A DNA stretch of 64,000 nucleotides, taken from positions 319,761 through 383,760 of the forward strand of contig CAWADF010000002.1 of NCBI GenBank assembly GCA_963780855.1, given 5' to 3'. Every line of letters starts with the position of its first letter. Position 1 is the first letter of the stretch. The stretch is from an uncultured Acidobacteriota bacterium. GTDB lineage: Bacteria; Acidobacteriota; Vicinamibacteria; Vicinamibacterales; SCN-69-37. Under the pieces are notes generated by a model that worked only from the letters and a program-made list of their open reading frames with translations, ran no database searches and was not told the DNA's origin. Shown one piece after another: positions 10,769-23,270 of the stretch. A program made the position numbers and the translations under genes.

Positions 10769-12534
10769 TCACTTCACCGGTAGCGCCGGCGGCACCCGTT
10801 TCTTCGTCGCTTGCTCAAACGCGTACGCGATGGTGAACAACTTCGGCTCGCTGCACGGCAGACCGACGAACGCCGCGCTGTAGGGCGACGGCTTCAGCTC
10901 GAAGCCTGGCGGAAACGGATTGCCGGCCGCTCCGCCTCCGCCGCCTCGTCCTCCGCCGCCGGTCGTCATGCCGATCGGCACCACGATCTCCGGGTAGCCA
11001 GGCCGCGACGCCAGATTCGAAACGGCCCACCCGGGAAACATCAGCGCGTCCAGATGGTGCTCGTCGATCGCCGCTTTGAAGCCGCGCTCGCCAGCGAGAC
11101 GCACGTCGCGCGCGCGATCCGCCTCGTACCGCGCGCGGTCGGCGGCGACATCCATCTCGTCCGAGATGTCGAGATTGCACTGCCCGTAGCGGATCGCGCC
11201 GGCGTTCGCGTGCGCGGTGTTCCACGCGCGCAGTTCGGTCAGCGACTTCACCGGCGCCGCCGGGCCGAGCGAGGCGAGATACGCGTTGAAGTCGCGCTTC
11301 ATCCCGTACTTCAGCACGACCGTGCAGTCGTCGTCCTTGCCCTTCGCGTTGTTGACGCCCGAGCAGATGTCGAACGACAGGATGTTCTGTGCCGGGTCCG
11401 CGATCGACCACGGTCGGCAGATTCGGCCGGATCGACGACGATCGCGCCGTCGCGCTTGAGCACGTCGATCGCCTCGGCCATGAGCTTCGTCTGCGCGTCG
11501 CCGAGGCCGCCGCGGCCGCGCCGCGTCCGCCGCGCCCCGGCGGCGGCGGCGCGGCTCACCGTCGGCCGATCCGCTCGTAGTAGTACGCGCGCGGAATGCC
11601 GATGCGCGCGCCGCGCAGCCCGTCGGCGTCGAGGAACTTCGTGTAGTCGCGTCCCGGCGGCGGCGTGCAGCGCGTCGTCGCCGCGTCGTCCGGATCGGGC
11701 GAGGGGCTCTCGAGCGCGCCGAAGCAGAATCGCGGCGTCGGTCACCGTGCGCGCCATCGGCCCGGCGGTGTCCTGATCGGCGGTGATCGGAATGATGCCG
11801 TGCCGGCTGATGCGGCCGGTCGTCGGCCGGAGCCCGACGAGCATCGTCAGCATCGCCGGGTTGACGACCGAGCCGGCCGTGTCGGTGCCGACGTTGGCCG
11901 CCCAGAAGTTCGCCGCGGTGCCGGCGCCCGAGCTCGATCCGCCGGTGCTCAGAGCGGGGCGGCCGTCGACGTCGACTCGCGCGGATCGGGCCGCGGATCG
12001 TACGGATTGAAGCGCGAAGCCGCCGACGGCGCTGTAGTTGCCCGGCATCGGCGTCGGCGCGCCCGCGACCCAGTTGGCGAGCTCGGTCAGCACGGTCTTC
12101 GCGATGATGATGGCGCCGGCGTCGCGCAGGTTCTTCGTGAGCGTCGCATCGAACGGCGGCATGAAGCCGCGAACGCGAGCGCGCCGCCGGTCGTCGGCAT
12201 GATCGGTCGTGTGGATGTTGTCCTTCAGCGCGATCGGAATGCCGTGCAGCGGCCCGCGCACGCGCCCGGCGGCGCGCTCGCGATCGCGCGCGTCGGCGTC
12301 CTCGAGCGCGCGCGGGTTGATCGAGATCGCCGCATTGATGCGCTTGTCGTAGAGCGCGATTCGCGCGAGGTATTGCGTGACCAGCTCGCGCGACGTCAGC
12401 CGGTGCTCCGCCATCGCGCGCTGCATCTGGGCGATCGTGGCCTCGACGACGTCGAAGGGCGCCGGGCGCGTGGATGGCGCCTGCGCCACGATCGCCAGCG
12501 ACGCCAGACCTCCGACGAGCATTCCCCACCGCAT
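10769..12534 (-). CDS. Secreted amidase-signature family protein (several frameshifts)
   Basis: GPLHGIPIALKDN, GGSSSG and GTDT.GS; N-terminal signal peptide; C-terminal AYAFEQAT. Confidence 0.88.
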
Positions 12535-12569
12535 ACGCACCTCCCATGGGCCGTACGAGGGCCGCCGAC

Positions 12570-13556
12570 TCAGCGCGGCCGCGTGGCGACAACGAGTCTG
12601 GGATCGAGGCGCCAGAGCGACGACTCCGACGCCGCCAGCCACAGCGCCTGCTGGCCGAACGCGATGACGCCGCCCCCCGAACCGGTGAACTGCTGGATCA
12701 CATGATTGGTGCGGGGGTCGATCCGCGTGAGCGGCGCGCCCACACGGCTCACCCACACCGATCCGCCGCCGACGACGACCTGGCCGGCCGCGCCGGGCGT
12801 GCCGATCGCCATCGTCTCCGTCACCTTGTGCGTCTTCACGTCCACGCGCGAGACGCTGCCCGCGCCCCGGTTGAGCACCCACAGCGCGCCTTCGCCGAAC
12901 GCGACGCTCGATGGGCCCTTGCCGACCTCGATCGTCCGCGCGATCAAGTTCGTGTAGGGGTCGAGGCGTGTCACCGCATCGCCAGCCGGACTCGCGATCC
13001 AGAGCGCGTCGGCGCCAGACGCGATCGCCGCAGAGCCTCGCGGCAGATAGACCTCGGCCACGGCCTGTTCGGCGTCGGGATCGATGCGAACGAGCGTGCC
13101 GTTCGGATCCGTCAGGAGCCAGACGCTGCCGACGGCCGTCGCGATTGACGCGGGCTGCGGAGCGACGCGTGTCGCGAGCGACGTCACCGCGGACGTCTTG
13201 AGATCGACGCGCGCGACAGCGGCCTTGCCGCACAGCGGCACCCACAGGCTGCCGAACGCGGCAACGAGGCCGCCGCACGGCTCGGCGCCCACCGCGACAG
13301 GCTCCCCCGCCTTGTTCGTCTGGGGATCGATGCGCGTCACCGTGCCGGCCGCACGCTGCCTCACCCAGACGGCGTCGTCGGTCACGAGGATCGCGCGATC
13401 GCCGCCCAGGTCGAACGCCGCGTCGGCTTTGAGCACGGCGAGCGGTATGGTCCAGGCCGGTGGCATGGGAGCGGGCGTGCTCGCCGGCGCGGGCGTCTGG
13501 ACGGCCGCCGCAAGCGCCAACGTCACTAGAGTCAACACGTTGCCGGATGGCGGCAT
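12570..13556 (-). CDS. Secreted beta-propeller protein (YVTN/Vgb-like repeats)
   Basis: Signal peptide; about seven repeats of G.G.LWV...V.R.DP. Confidence 0.75.
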   Translation of the reverse strand: MPPSGNVLTLVTLALAAAVQTPAPASTPAPMPPAWTIPLAVLKADAAFDLGGDRAILVTDDAVWVRQRAAGTVTRIDPQTNKAGEPVAVGAEPCGGLVAAFGSLWVPLCGKAAVARVDLKTSAVTSLATRVAPQPASIATAVGSVWLLTDPNGTLVRIDPDAEQAVAEVYLPRGSAAIASGADALWIASPAGDAVTRLDPYTNLIARTIEVGKGPSSVAFGEGALWVLNRGAGSVSRVDVKTHKVTETMAIGTPGAAGQVVVGGGSVWVSRVGAPLTRIDPRTNHVIQQFTGSGGGVIAFGQQALWLAASESSLWRLDPRLVVATRPR

Positions 13557-13591
13557 GCGCCGTCATAATACCCGGCACGGTGCCAGGACGC

Positions 13592-16500
13592 ATGCGTTCG
13601 TTGACCGGACTCCCGGCCGCCAGGACGTGGTGTGTGGGCCTGCTCGCCCTCGGCTTGTCAACCGCCGTGACCGCTCGTCAGGCTGCGCTCGGCGCCCAGC
13701 CAGGGCAAGCCGGCGACGTCTTCGAGGCGCGCATCCGGCCGATCCTCGCCGCCAACTGCTTCGATTGCCACGGCCCGGACAAGAAAGGCGGCCTGCGGCT
13801 CGACTCGCGCGAAGGGATGCTCGAAGGCGGAGAATCCGGCCCGGCGATTGTCCCGGGCAAACCAGACGACAGCCTGTTGATTCAAGCCGTCCGGCAGATC
13901 GCGGGCGCGCCGAAGATGCCCTACGGGCGCCCGAAGCTGAAACCCGAGGACATCGACGCGCTGGCCGAATGGGTGCAAGGCGGCGCGCCGTGGCCGGCCG
14001 CCACGGTCTCGACGACGGCGGCACCGGTCGCGTCGCATCGCCGCGAAATCACGGCCGAGCAACGGGCGTTCTGGTCGTTCCAGCCGTTGCGGACGACGCG
14101 CCCGCCGGCGGTGCGCGACGGATCCTGGCCGCGCAACGACATCGATCGCTTCGTGCTCGCGCGGCTCGAACATGACGGGCTCAAGCCCGTGGGCCCGGCC
14201 GACAGGCTCGCGCTGATCCGGCGCGCGACCCTCGACCTCACGGGCCTGCCGCCGACGCCCGAGGACGTCGATGCGTTCCTGAAGGATCGATCGCCGGACG
14301 CGTTCGCCAAGGTCGTGGACCGGCTGCTCGCGTCGCCGCAATACGGCGAGGCGTGGGGCCGCATGTGGCTCGACGTCGCGCGCTACGGCGAAGACGACTA
14401 TCGCAGTCTCGATCCCAAGGGCCGCGGCCTCAACCCGTATCCCAACGCGTACCTGTATCGCGACTGGGTCGTGAAGGCGTTCAACGACGACCTGCCGTAC
14501 GATCAGTTCGTCCGCGCCCAGCTCGCCGATGACCTGATCGACGACAGCTCGCGCCTGCGCAATCTGGCCGCGCTGGGCTTCCTCGGCCTCGGACCGTGGT
14601 ACTACGACAACGGCGCCGTGGAAATCACGCACGCCGACGAGCGCAACGATCGCATCGACGTCGTCGGACGAGGCCTGCTGGGGTTGACGGTCGCGTGCGC
14701 CCGGTGCCACGACCACAAGTACGATCCGATTCCCACGAGCGACTACTACGCGCTCGGCGGCGTCTTCCTCAACACCGAGTACCACGAGTACCCGCTCGCG
14801 CCAAAGGCCGTCGTCGACGAGTACAAGGTCGAAGAGAAGAAGATAAAGAAGAAGCAGGACCTGCTGGACGACTACCTGGAGAAGGAGTCGTCGCAGCTCG
14901 CCGAGACGCTCGCCTTCCAGGCGTCGAAGTACATGCAGGCGGCCTGGCAGGTGACCGGCGAGCCGAAGAAGGAGAAGGCGCAGGTCATCGAGTCGGAGAA
15001 GCTCGACTACGAGCTGTTCGATCGCTGGCTGCGCTTCCTGGAGAAGCCGCCGTCGTTCTATCCCTATCTGACCGACTGGCAGGCGATGATCAAGCGCAGC
15101 GGCACGAAGGCGGAGGCGAAGAAGTTCGCCGACGCCTTCCAGGCGACGCTGATCGACGTCATGCTCGCGTACGGCGAGGTCAAGGACCAGAACGACATCA
15201 TCCGGGCGAAGGCGCTGCCGGGCACGAAGAAAAAGGAACGCGCCAACCTGCCCAACGAGTTCATCACCAACGATGATTTCTGTCCCGGATGCGGGCTGGA
15301 GCTGAAGAGCCTGCCCGCCGCGCAGAACAGCCTGTACGCGGACGTGTTCCAGCGCGATCTCGACAGCGCGCCGGTGCCCGGCAAGGCGCCAAAGCCCGCG
15401 CTGCTGTCGTTCAGCGGCTGGGGCCTCGAACGGCAGCTCGGTCCCGATCGCCGCGCGTCGATCCAGGCCATGCGCGACGACGTGGAGGCGATGGAGAAGG
15501 CGCTGCCCGAGAAGTTCGCCTACGTGCACGGTGTGCGCGACGTCGAGAAGCTGCAGCAGCCGCACATCAACCTCCGGGGCAGTCCGTACCGGCTGGGCGA
15601 CGAGGTGCCGCGCGGGTTCCTGTCGATCTTCAGCGGCGACGAGCCGCGCGCCTTCACGAAAGGCAGCGGGCGCCTCGAGCTGGCGGACGCCATCCTGGCG
15701 CAGCCGATCGCCATGCGCGTGATCGTCAATCGCGTCTGGAAGGGGCACTTCGGCACGGGGATCGTGGACACGCCGAGCAACCTCGGGAACAACGGCGAAC
15801 GGCCGACGCACCCTGAGCTGCTCGACTATCTGGCGCGGTACTTCATCGATCACAAGCTGTCGATCAAGGCGCTGCACCGCGAGATCATGCTCTCCGCCAC
15901 CTACCAGCTGGCCTCAGCGTCGTCGCCCGCCAACATGGAGAAGGACGCCGGCAATCGTCTCTACTGGCGCGCCAACGAGCGGCGGATGACCGCCGAACAA
16001 ATCCGCGATTCCGTGCTGCGCGTCGCCGGCACGCTCGATCTCACGATGACCGGCCCGTCCGCGCCGCTCACGCCGTACTTCACGCGCCGGACGATCTACG
16101 GGAAGGTCAGCCGCTACCGCCTCGACGAGTACCTCCAGCTCTTCGACTTCCCCAGCGCGAGCCAGAGCGCCGAAAAGCGCTTCTCCACCAACGTGCCCCT
16201 GCAGCGCCTGTTCTTCATGAACAGCGACTTCATGCAGCAGCAGGCCGAGCACCTGGCCGAGAGAATCGCCGCCGAGCCGACCGACGACGCCTGCATCCAG
16301 AAGGCGTACCGGCTGATCTTCGACAGACCGGCGACCCCCGAGGAACTGGCGGCCGGCCGCGAGTTCCTGGCGAGCGAGCCGATGCGTCAGTACGAGGACG
16401 CGAAGACCGAAGCGGACAAGGCCAGGATGGACGCCGAGAAGAAGGCCGGGAAGAGCACGGACGAGGCGAAGGCTGGCGAGGCGACGGCGCCGAAGCCGGA

Positions 16501-16648
16501 CGCGCCGCCCGCGGCCGAGGGCATGATGGCGGGCGTCAAGCCCGGCGCCGGAGACCCCGACGCCGCCGGCAAGAAGCTGCCAGTGACGACGCTCGGCCGT
16601 TATCTGAAGCTGCTCTTGAGCTCGAACGAATTCATCTTCATCAGCTGA
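13592..16648 (+). CDS. Planctomycete cytochrome c plus DUF1549 (PSCyt2) and DUF1553 (PSD1) protein
   Basis: CFDCH and [11 protein letters not shown] heme motifs; [30 protein letters not shown] and [11 protein letters not shown]. Confidence 0.93.
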   Translation: MRSLTGLPAARTWCVGLLALGLSTAVTARQAALGAQPGQAGDVFEARIRPILAANCFDCHGPDKKGGLRLDSREGMLEGGESGPAIVPGKPDDSLLIQAVRQIAGAPKMPYGRPKLKPEDIDALAEWVQGGAPWPAATVSTTAAPVASHRREITAEQRAFWSFQPLRTTRPPAVRDGSWPRNDIDRFVLARLEHDGLKPVGPADRLALIRRATLDLTGLPPTPEDVDAFLKDRSPDAFAKVVDRLLASPQYGEAWGRMWLDVARYGEDDYRSLDPKGRGLNPYPNAYLYRDWVVKAFNDDLPYDQFVRAQLADDLIDDSSRLRNLAALGFLGLGPWYYDNGAVEITHADERNDRIDVVGRGLLGLTVACARCHDHKYDPIPTSDYYALGGVFLNTEYHEYPLAPKAVVDEYKVEEKKIKKKQDLLDDYLEKESSQLAETLAFQASKYMQAAWQVTGEPKKEKAQVIESEKLDYELFDRWLRFLEKPPSFYPYLTDWQAMIKRSGTKAEAKKFADAFQATLIDVMLAYGEVKDQNDIIRAKALPGTKKKERANLPNEFITNDDFCPGCGLELKSLPAAQNSLYADVFQRDLDSAPVPGKAPKPALLSFSGWGLERQLGPDRRASIQAMRDDVEAMEKALPEKFAYVHGVRDVEKLQQPHINLRGSPYRLGDEVPRGFLSIFSGDEPRAFTKGSGRLELADAILAQPIAMRVIVNRVWKGHFGTGIVDTPSNLGNNGERPTHPELLDYLARYFIDHKLSIKALHREIMLSATYQLASASSPANMEKDAGNRLYWRANERRMTAEQIRDSVLRVAGTLDLTMTGPSAPLTPYFTRRTIYGKVSRYRLDEYLQLFDFPSASQSAEKRFSTNVPLQRLFFMNSDFMQQQAEHLAERIAAEPTDDACIQKAYRLIFDRPATPEELAAGREFLASEPMRQYEDAKTEADKARMDAEKKAGKSTDEAKAGEATAPKPDAPPAAEGMMAGVKPGAGDPDAAGKKLPVTTLGRYLKLLLSSNEFIFIS

Positions 16649-16665
16649 GGCCGAGGCAGCCCCCG

Positions 16666-18122
16666 ATGTCACACTGGCGTTCCCGTCCACTCACCCGCCG
16701 CGACGCGCTCTGCCGGATGGGCAACGGCTTCGGCATGCTCGCGTTTGCGAGCCTGGTGGGCCAGTCGCTCGAAGCCGCGGGCTTCACCAGCGGACAGACG
16801 ACGGAAGGCGCGCACGCCCTCGACCATCCGGCGCGCGCGAAGCGCGTGATCTTCCTCTACATGAACGGCGGGCTCTCGCAGGTCGACAGCTTCGATCCGA
16901 AGCCGATGCTCGAGAAATACCACGGCCAGCCCCTGCCGGGCGGCTCGGTCGCCACCGAGCGCAAGACCGGCACGCTGCTCAAGTCGCCGTTCACGTTCAA
17001 GAAGTACGGCCAGAGCGGCATCGAGGTCAGCGAGATCTTCCCGTACGTCGGCGGGTGCGCGGACGACATCTGCTTCATCCGGTCGATCTACACCGACATC
17101 CCGAATCACGAGCCGTCGATGCTCATGATGAACACGGGACACAGCCAGGTCGGCCGGCCCTCGCTCGGATCGTGGCTCACCTACGGGCTCGGCACGGACA
17201 ACAGGAACCTGCCGGGCTTCGTCGTGCTCTGCCCCGACGTGCCGACGACCGTCGGGCCGCCACTGTGGAACAACGCGTTCCTGCCGGCGGTCCACCAGGG
17301 CACGTACATCTCCGACAAGGTCGAGCGGCCCGATCAAATCATCGGCAAGGACTTCGACCCGAAGAAGCTCGTCTCGTTCATCAACAACCCGGAGTTCACG
17401 CTGCCCGAGCAGCGCCGCGAGCTGGACCTGATGGAGACGCTGGACAAGATCCGGCAGGGAGGCCAACCGCAGGATCCGCAGCTGGAGGCGGCGATCAGCT
17501 CGATGGAAACCGCCTACCGGATGCAGACCGAGGCGCCGGAGGTCTTCGACATTCGCAAGGAGAGCGAGGCGACGCTCAAACTGTACGGACCGGGCAGCAC
17601 GGCGCGCGGCTGCCTGATGGCCGTGCGCCTCGTCGAGCGCGGCGTGCGCATGGTCCAGGTCTACTATGCGAAGGGCGACCCCTGGGATCACCACGCGGAC
17701 ATCCAGATGCACCGTCAAGAACGGCGAAGAACTCGGACCAGGCGTTTGCCGCCGTGATCAAGGATCTCAAGTCACGCGGGCTCTTCAAGGACACGCTGGT
17801 CGTCTGCGGATCGGAATTCGGCCGGACGCCGGTGGTCGAAGTCGGCGGCGGCGCCGGGACAGCGCAGAACGGGCGGGATCACAACCCGTTCGGCTTCACG
17901 ATGTGGCTGGCCGGCGGCGGCGTGAAGGGCGGCATGACGTACGGCGCGACCGACGACTTCGGCTTCAAGGCGATCGACAAGCCGGTGCACGTGCACGATC
18001 TGCACGCGACGATTCTGCACCTGCTGGGCATCGACCACACGAAGCTGACCTACCGGTACAGCGGGCGCGACTTCCGGCTGACGGACGTCTCTGGCAACGT
18101 GATCCACGACATCATCGCGTAG
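16666..18122 (+). CDS. DUF1501 sulfatase-like protein with twin-arginine-type N-terminus (frameshift near 17715)
   Basis: [31 protein letters not shown] and [11 protein letters not shown]. Confidence 0.9.
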
Positions 18123-18151
18123 CGCCGGCGACGATCGACGAGAAGAGCCTC

Positions 18152-18271
18152 CACCACGTAGGACACGTAGGCTGGCCTCGCCGGAATCTCGTGTATCCCG
18201 CGAATCTGGCGTGTCTGGCGTGCGCCGTCGATTCGGCGGCGCCACCACCAGCCTACGTGAGCTACATGGTG
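18152..18271. repeat. 120-bp element with 24-bp imperfect inverted termini and an internal 9-mer periodicity (REP/MITE-like)
   Basis: CACCACGTAGGACACGTAGGCTGG (18152-18175) matches the reverse complement of 18248-18271 at 21 of 24 positions. Confidence 0.8.
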
Positions 18272-18317
18272 AATTCTGGCCTGCGCCTCGTCCGTGTACG
18301 TCGGGGCGATTCGGTCG

Positions 18318-19695
18318 CTACCGCGGCGAGTTCGCGCACGTGCTGTTCCCCGCCGCGTCCGTGGCGCACACTCGATGCGCCGTGGCCGCGGTGAATCCCG
18401 GCGGCATCACGGCCCGCCAGAGGTCCTCGCCGTACCAAACCATCGTCGTCGTGGTCGGGCCCTGGGCCGACGTCCATTCGACGTAGACGCGGCTCAAGTC
18501 GAAGTTCTCCGCCGGACTCTTGCGGTCGTGCACGCGTGCCCGGACCTGGAACCCGCCTGACGCGTTCGACCATGTGCCCACCAGCCCGACGTACGGTGGC
18601 GCCGTGTCGGGCGCGAGGCCGGCGCGAAGAACACGCGCTCGTCGAGCGCCTCGGGGTTTTCACCTTGCGCCTGGACGACGTCGATGCGGCGATCGCCGTC
18701 GAGATCGGCCACGGCGAGGCCGAGGGTGCCCGGTGTCGGCTTGCCGTCCAATACGTCGACGGCCGCGCGCAGGTGCCCTTTCCCATCGTTGATGAGCAAC
18801 CGGTCCGGCCCGGACGCCTCGGGCGGCCACCAGAGCGTCGTCGCATCACGGTACCGGCCCTTGCCGTCGTTGCGGAACACGTGCTCGCGGCGGTTCGCGC
18901 CCTGTTCCTTGAGGAATCTCGCCGTCGTTGATCGTCACGAGGTCGAGGAACCCGTCCTCGTCCAGATCCATCGCCTCGAAGTCGTAGTTGTTCGTGTACT
19001 GCGGAATCGCGTCCGGCGTGTCCGTAAACTTGCCGGCGCCGTCATTCTTGAACAGATACCCGCCGCCGCACCGCTTGCAGGAGACGACGACATCGAGGTC
19101 GTAGTCGTTGTCGACGTCCACGGAGATCGAGGTCCCACGAGAAGCGGACGAGCGCGTTCGGCATGCGCTTGTCGGTGGCATCGGCAAAGCGGCCCGCGCC
19201 GTCGTTGAGCCAGAGCAGCGTCCGCCCGCCGGCGTTCGTCATGTTGTTGCCGGGGCCCCAGTCCGCCAGGACCAGGTCGAGATCGCGGTCGCCGTCGACG
19301 TCGCCAATCTCGACGTCGCCGACGCTCGCCACCATGTGCGGAAGATTCGAGTCGGTGGCCTCGTGAAACTTCCCGCCGCCCATCCCGAGGTACAGCCGGC
19401 TCTGGGTCTGGAACGTGTTGCCGACGATCACGTCGACGATGCCGTCGCCATTCAGATGGCGCGCCTCGATCGCGCGCGTGAGATCCGGCGTCCCGAACAC
19501 CTCCTGGCTGCGATCGGCGAACGGCCGGCCCGGGCCGCCGTTGACGAACGCGCCGTTCAGCTCGGGCGTGCCGGCGTCGGAGTAGTTGCCGCCGTTCGCG
19601 AACAGCAGGTCCGGCCGCCCGTCCCCGTTGAGGTCGGCGATCTCGACAACGAAAGGAGCGCGATGCGGCGTCCAAGCGTCACGAGAGTCTCCCAT
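18318..19695 (-). CDS. FG-GAP/VCBS repeat protein (frameshifted, possibly 5'-truncated)
   Basis: Repeats DLNGDGRPDL, DVDGDRDLDL, DVDNDYDLDV, DLDEDGFLDL and DLDGDRRIDV across frames. Confidence 0.8.
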
Positions 19696-19733
19696 CCACC
19701 GGGCCGGGCGCGCCAATCCTACCCCGGCCGAGG

Positions 19734-22700
19734 TCAGAAACCCTGGCGCAAGCCGAACTGCCAGTACCAGTGGTTGTTGAGGCGATCGAGCGGATGCGAG
19801 ACGGCGGCCTCGAGGACGAGGAAGCCGAAGACGTTGATCCGGGCGGCACCGCCGAAGCTCCGCAGCAGGTCGCGCGTGCCGCCGGCAAAGGCGGGCCGCG
19901 AGTCGTGGGTCCACGTGACGCCGGCGTCGAAGAAGCCCGCCACTTCGACGGGCAGGCGGCCGTACTGCAGGTCATTCTTGAAGATCCCGTAGAGCGGCGC
20001 CCGGACTTCGACGTTGGCGACCAGCATCCGGCTGCCCATCAAGCTCTGAAACACCGTGCACTGGCTCGAATCCCGGAAGCACCAGACAGTCCGCGGACGT
20101 GAACGACCCGAAGCCGTAGCCGTGGACGAGATCCGGATAGCCGGCGTACAGCGGGACGAGCCGCGGGTCCTCGGCGTCGCCGCCGTACCGTCCGTAGTGC
20201 AGGCCGCGGATCGCGAGGGTGTACGGCCGCTTCGGCATGAAGTACCGGCGCCAGTCGAGCAGCAGCGTGTTGTAGTTGAGCGTGCCGATGCTGCGATCGA
20301 TCTCCAGGCGGTACCGCTCGCCGTAGATCGGACTGGTGGCGCCAAAGAACGACGTGTCGTGCACGAGGGCGGCGCCGCCCTGGGTCAGGTACAATCGGAT
20401 CGCCGAGGGACGCCTTGACCCGCGACTCGTCGCGGACCGCGCCGGTGATGCCGTCCACGGTCGCCGTGTGGAGCTCCTGGCTGAACGTCAACTGCCGCGT
20501 GCCGCCCGTCAACTCGAGGCGCGTCGCGGGGTTGAGCGGGTACGCGGCCGAGACCAAAGCCGCCCCGGCTCGTCTGGCGCAGGATGGTCTCCGAGACGGA
20601 GACGTCGGTGCTGCCCGGCACGCTCGACAGCGTCAGGTAGTTGGCGCGATACGGGATCTGCTCGAGCGAGGCCGCCCAGTTCCAGCGGTGCTTCCGATTG
20701 ACGTAGACGATCTGGCCGCCGATGTCGGAGAACGTGCCGCTCACCGACGCGCCGATGCCGAGCGCGCGATCGCCCAGCATGTCGCCGAACAGGAACGACA
20801 CGCTGCCGCTCGACGTAGGCGCCGTTCGAGCTGGCGCCGAAGCCCACGGAGGGCTGCCCGACCGCGTCGAGCGTCAGCTTCGTCCGATACGACGTGGACG
20901 CGGGCGTCACCGACAACGGCGGCAGCCCGTGCGCGTAGTCGCCGAGCAGCCGCGCGACCTCGCCGTCGGTCGTCGTGCGGCCGGGCAGCAGGGCGGCGCG
21001 GCCGGTCGCGGGCGGCGGCACCAGTCCGGTCGTCTCCGCCTGATCGAGCACGTAGATCGACTGGCCGTCGTCCTCGAAGACGCTGAACGCGAGCCGGCCG
21101 GCGCCAGCTTCGCTCAGCGCCGGACTGGACGAGGTGATGCCGGCGACGCCGGTGAGGAACGACGACACCTGCTCGATCGGCCCGCCGTCGATCGACATGC
21201 GATAGAGGTTGCTGACGCCGTCGGGCTCCGCGATGAACGTCAGCGTGCGGCCGTCCGCGGACACCTGCGGGCTCAGGTGCTTGCCGTGCAGGAACCCGGA
21301 AATCGGCGACACGGCGCGGGAGGCGAGATCGAGCCGCGCCAGCCGCAGCGGTCCGGGCTCGAGCGTGGCCAGGTCCGTGCTGTAGCGCTCGGTGACGAAG
21401 ATGATCGAGCGGCCGTCTGGTGTGAACGTCGGCTCGAGATCCGCGAAGGGATCCTGCGTCAGCTGCTCGATCTTTCCAGTCGCGATCGTCAGCTGGTACA
21501 GGTCCATCAGCCCGCCATGATTGCCGCTCAGCACGACGGTCCTGCCGTCGGGCGAGTACGACGGGTTGATCGCATCGTCGAGCCCCGGGAGGTTGATTTC
21601 GCGCCGCACGCTGCCCGACGACGGATCGAGGAGCGCGAGGACCGGATGCCCCCCGCGGATGGCCGTCAGGGCGAGCGTCCGGCCGTCCGGGCTCCAGGCC
21701 CCCGCCGAATCGAGGAACTCGAGACTGTCGAAGTGCGGGTCGGTGGCCGAGCTCGACAGCTTGTGCAGGACGCGCCCGCTGTCGGCGTCGGCGATGAAGA
21801 GGTCGATGGAGAACAAATCGCGCTCCGAGAAGAACGCGATCTGTCGTCCGTCCGGACTCACACGCGGGCCGATGTTGTAGCGGCCGCTGCCCGTTGTCTT
21901 GTTGACGAGCAGCCGCGGCGTGCTTTCGATCGACGGCCGATTGGCCGCGACCTCGCGTGCCGACGCCGCGATCGCCGCGTGCCACTCGGCGTCGAAGCCG
22001 TCGGGGTCCGTGCCGAGCTGTCGCATCAGACCCGGCAGATCGAAGCGAGGGTTGGCTGACGACCGAATGAGCGAGGCGACGGCGCGATCGCCGTATTTCG
22101 CGCCGACGTACGCCCAGAACGCGTGGCCCCAGCGATAGGGAAAGTACTTCGGGTTGTCGAGGTCGCGCACGCTCGGCAGCTTCTCGCGCAGCGCGGCGTC
22201 GCGCAGCCACATCGCCGTCTGCGCATCGACCGGACCGAGCGACAGGTACTCCGCCATGCCTTCGACGAACCAGAGCGGGAACGCCAGAATCCCCGGCGCC
22301 GTGCCGGGCGCGTTCGTGCGGGTCTTCGCCCGTGATGTCGAACTGGAACGCATGCACCAGCTCGTGGCCGAGCACGTGGTCGGTGTCCGCGAGCGAGCCC
22401 GAGACCGGCAGCACGATGCGCCGCTTGAGCGCCTCGGTGACGCCGCCGGTGCCTTCGCCGATCAGCCCTTCGATGACGTTGGTCTGGCGGAAATGCGACG
22501 GCGCGGCGTAGAGAATCACCGCCTGGCGGCTTCGCAGCTGATGATTGAAGAATTGCGACAGCCGCGAGTACCAGCGCTCCGCCAAGCGGCGACGTCAGCG
22601 TCGCGGCTTGCTGCTCCTCCGGGTAGTAGTACGAGGTCGAAATGTTCGGTCGTGAGGACCTGGAAATCGAACGTGCGGTACTGAACCTTGTTGCGGCCGA

Positions 22701-22791
22701 AGTACTGCGCGCCGGCCAGCCCGGGCAGACCGGCGAGCACGAGCAGCGCCAGCCACGACGCACGCCAGACTGCCCGCGTTGACGTCACCAC
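19734..22791 (-). CDS. Omp85/BamA-family protein with N-terminal gluzincin-like domain and PD40 propeller, paralog 1 (frameshifted)
   Basis: Signal peptide then QYFGRNKV; HELVH...WFVEGMAEY; SPDGR repeats; C-terminal barrel ending WQFGLRQGF. Confidence 0.85.
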
Positions 22792-22913
22792 CTAGAGATA
22801 CCACGGCCGAATCGAACCCGGCAGGGTTTTTGGCGCGTTCGGGCCTCCGGACCAGTCGATCGCAGTAAGATGCTGGTGCGTCTGCCCGCCGGCGGGCGGG
22901 GAGACACTGTCGT

Positions 22914-23207
22914 ATGGCCGCTGTTGAACGTTCGGGCTCCCGCATCGTGCACTGCGTCAAGCTGCAGCAGGACCTGCCTGGGCTCGACGCACCGCCGTGG
23001 CCCGGTCCGCTCGGTCAGCGCATCTACGAGCACGTGTCCGCCGACGCCTGGGAGATGTGGGAAGAGCGGATGAAGATGATTCTCAACGAGTACCGGCTCC
23101 TGCCCTTCCAGAAGGAGGCGCAGGAGCTCATCGCGAAGCACATGGAAGAGTTCTTCTTCGGCGAAGGCGCGGCGCTGCCGCCCGGGTACGTGCCCGACCA
23201 ACGGTGA
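22914..23207 (+). CDS. yggX: Fe(II)-trafficking / oxidative damage protection protein YggX
   Basis: [32 protein letters not shown] and PPGYVP. Confidence 0.9.
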   Translation: MAAVERSGSRIVHCVKLQQDLPGLDAPPWPGPLGQRIYEHVSADAWEMWEERMKMILNEYRLLPFQKEAQELIAKHMEEFFFGEGAALPPGYVPDQR

Positions 23208-23270
23208 CGATCGACGCGGCCGCCGGCACGCACGCCGGCCGGCCGTCGCGCTGCTGCTCAAGGAGGTTAC

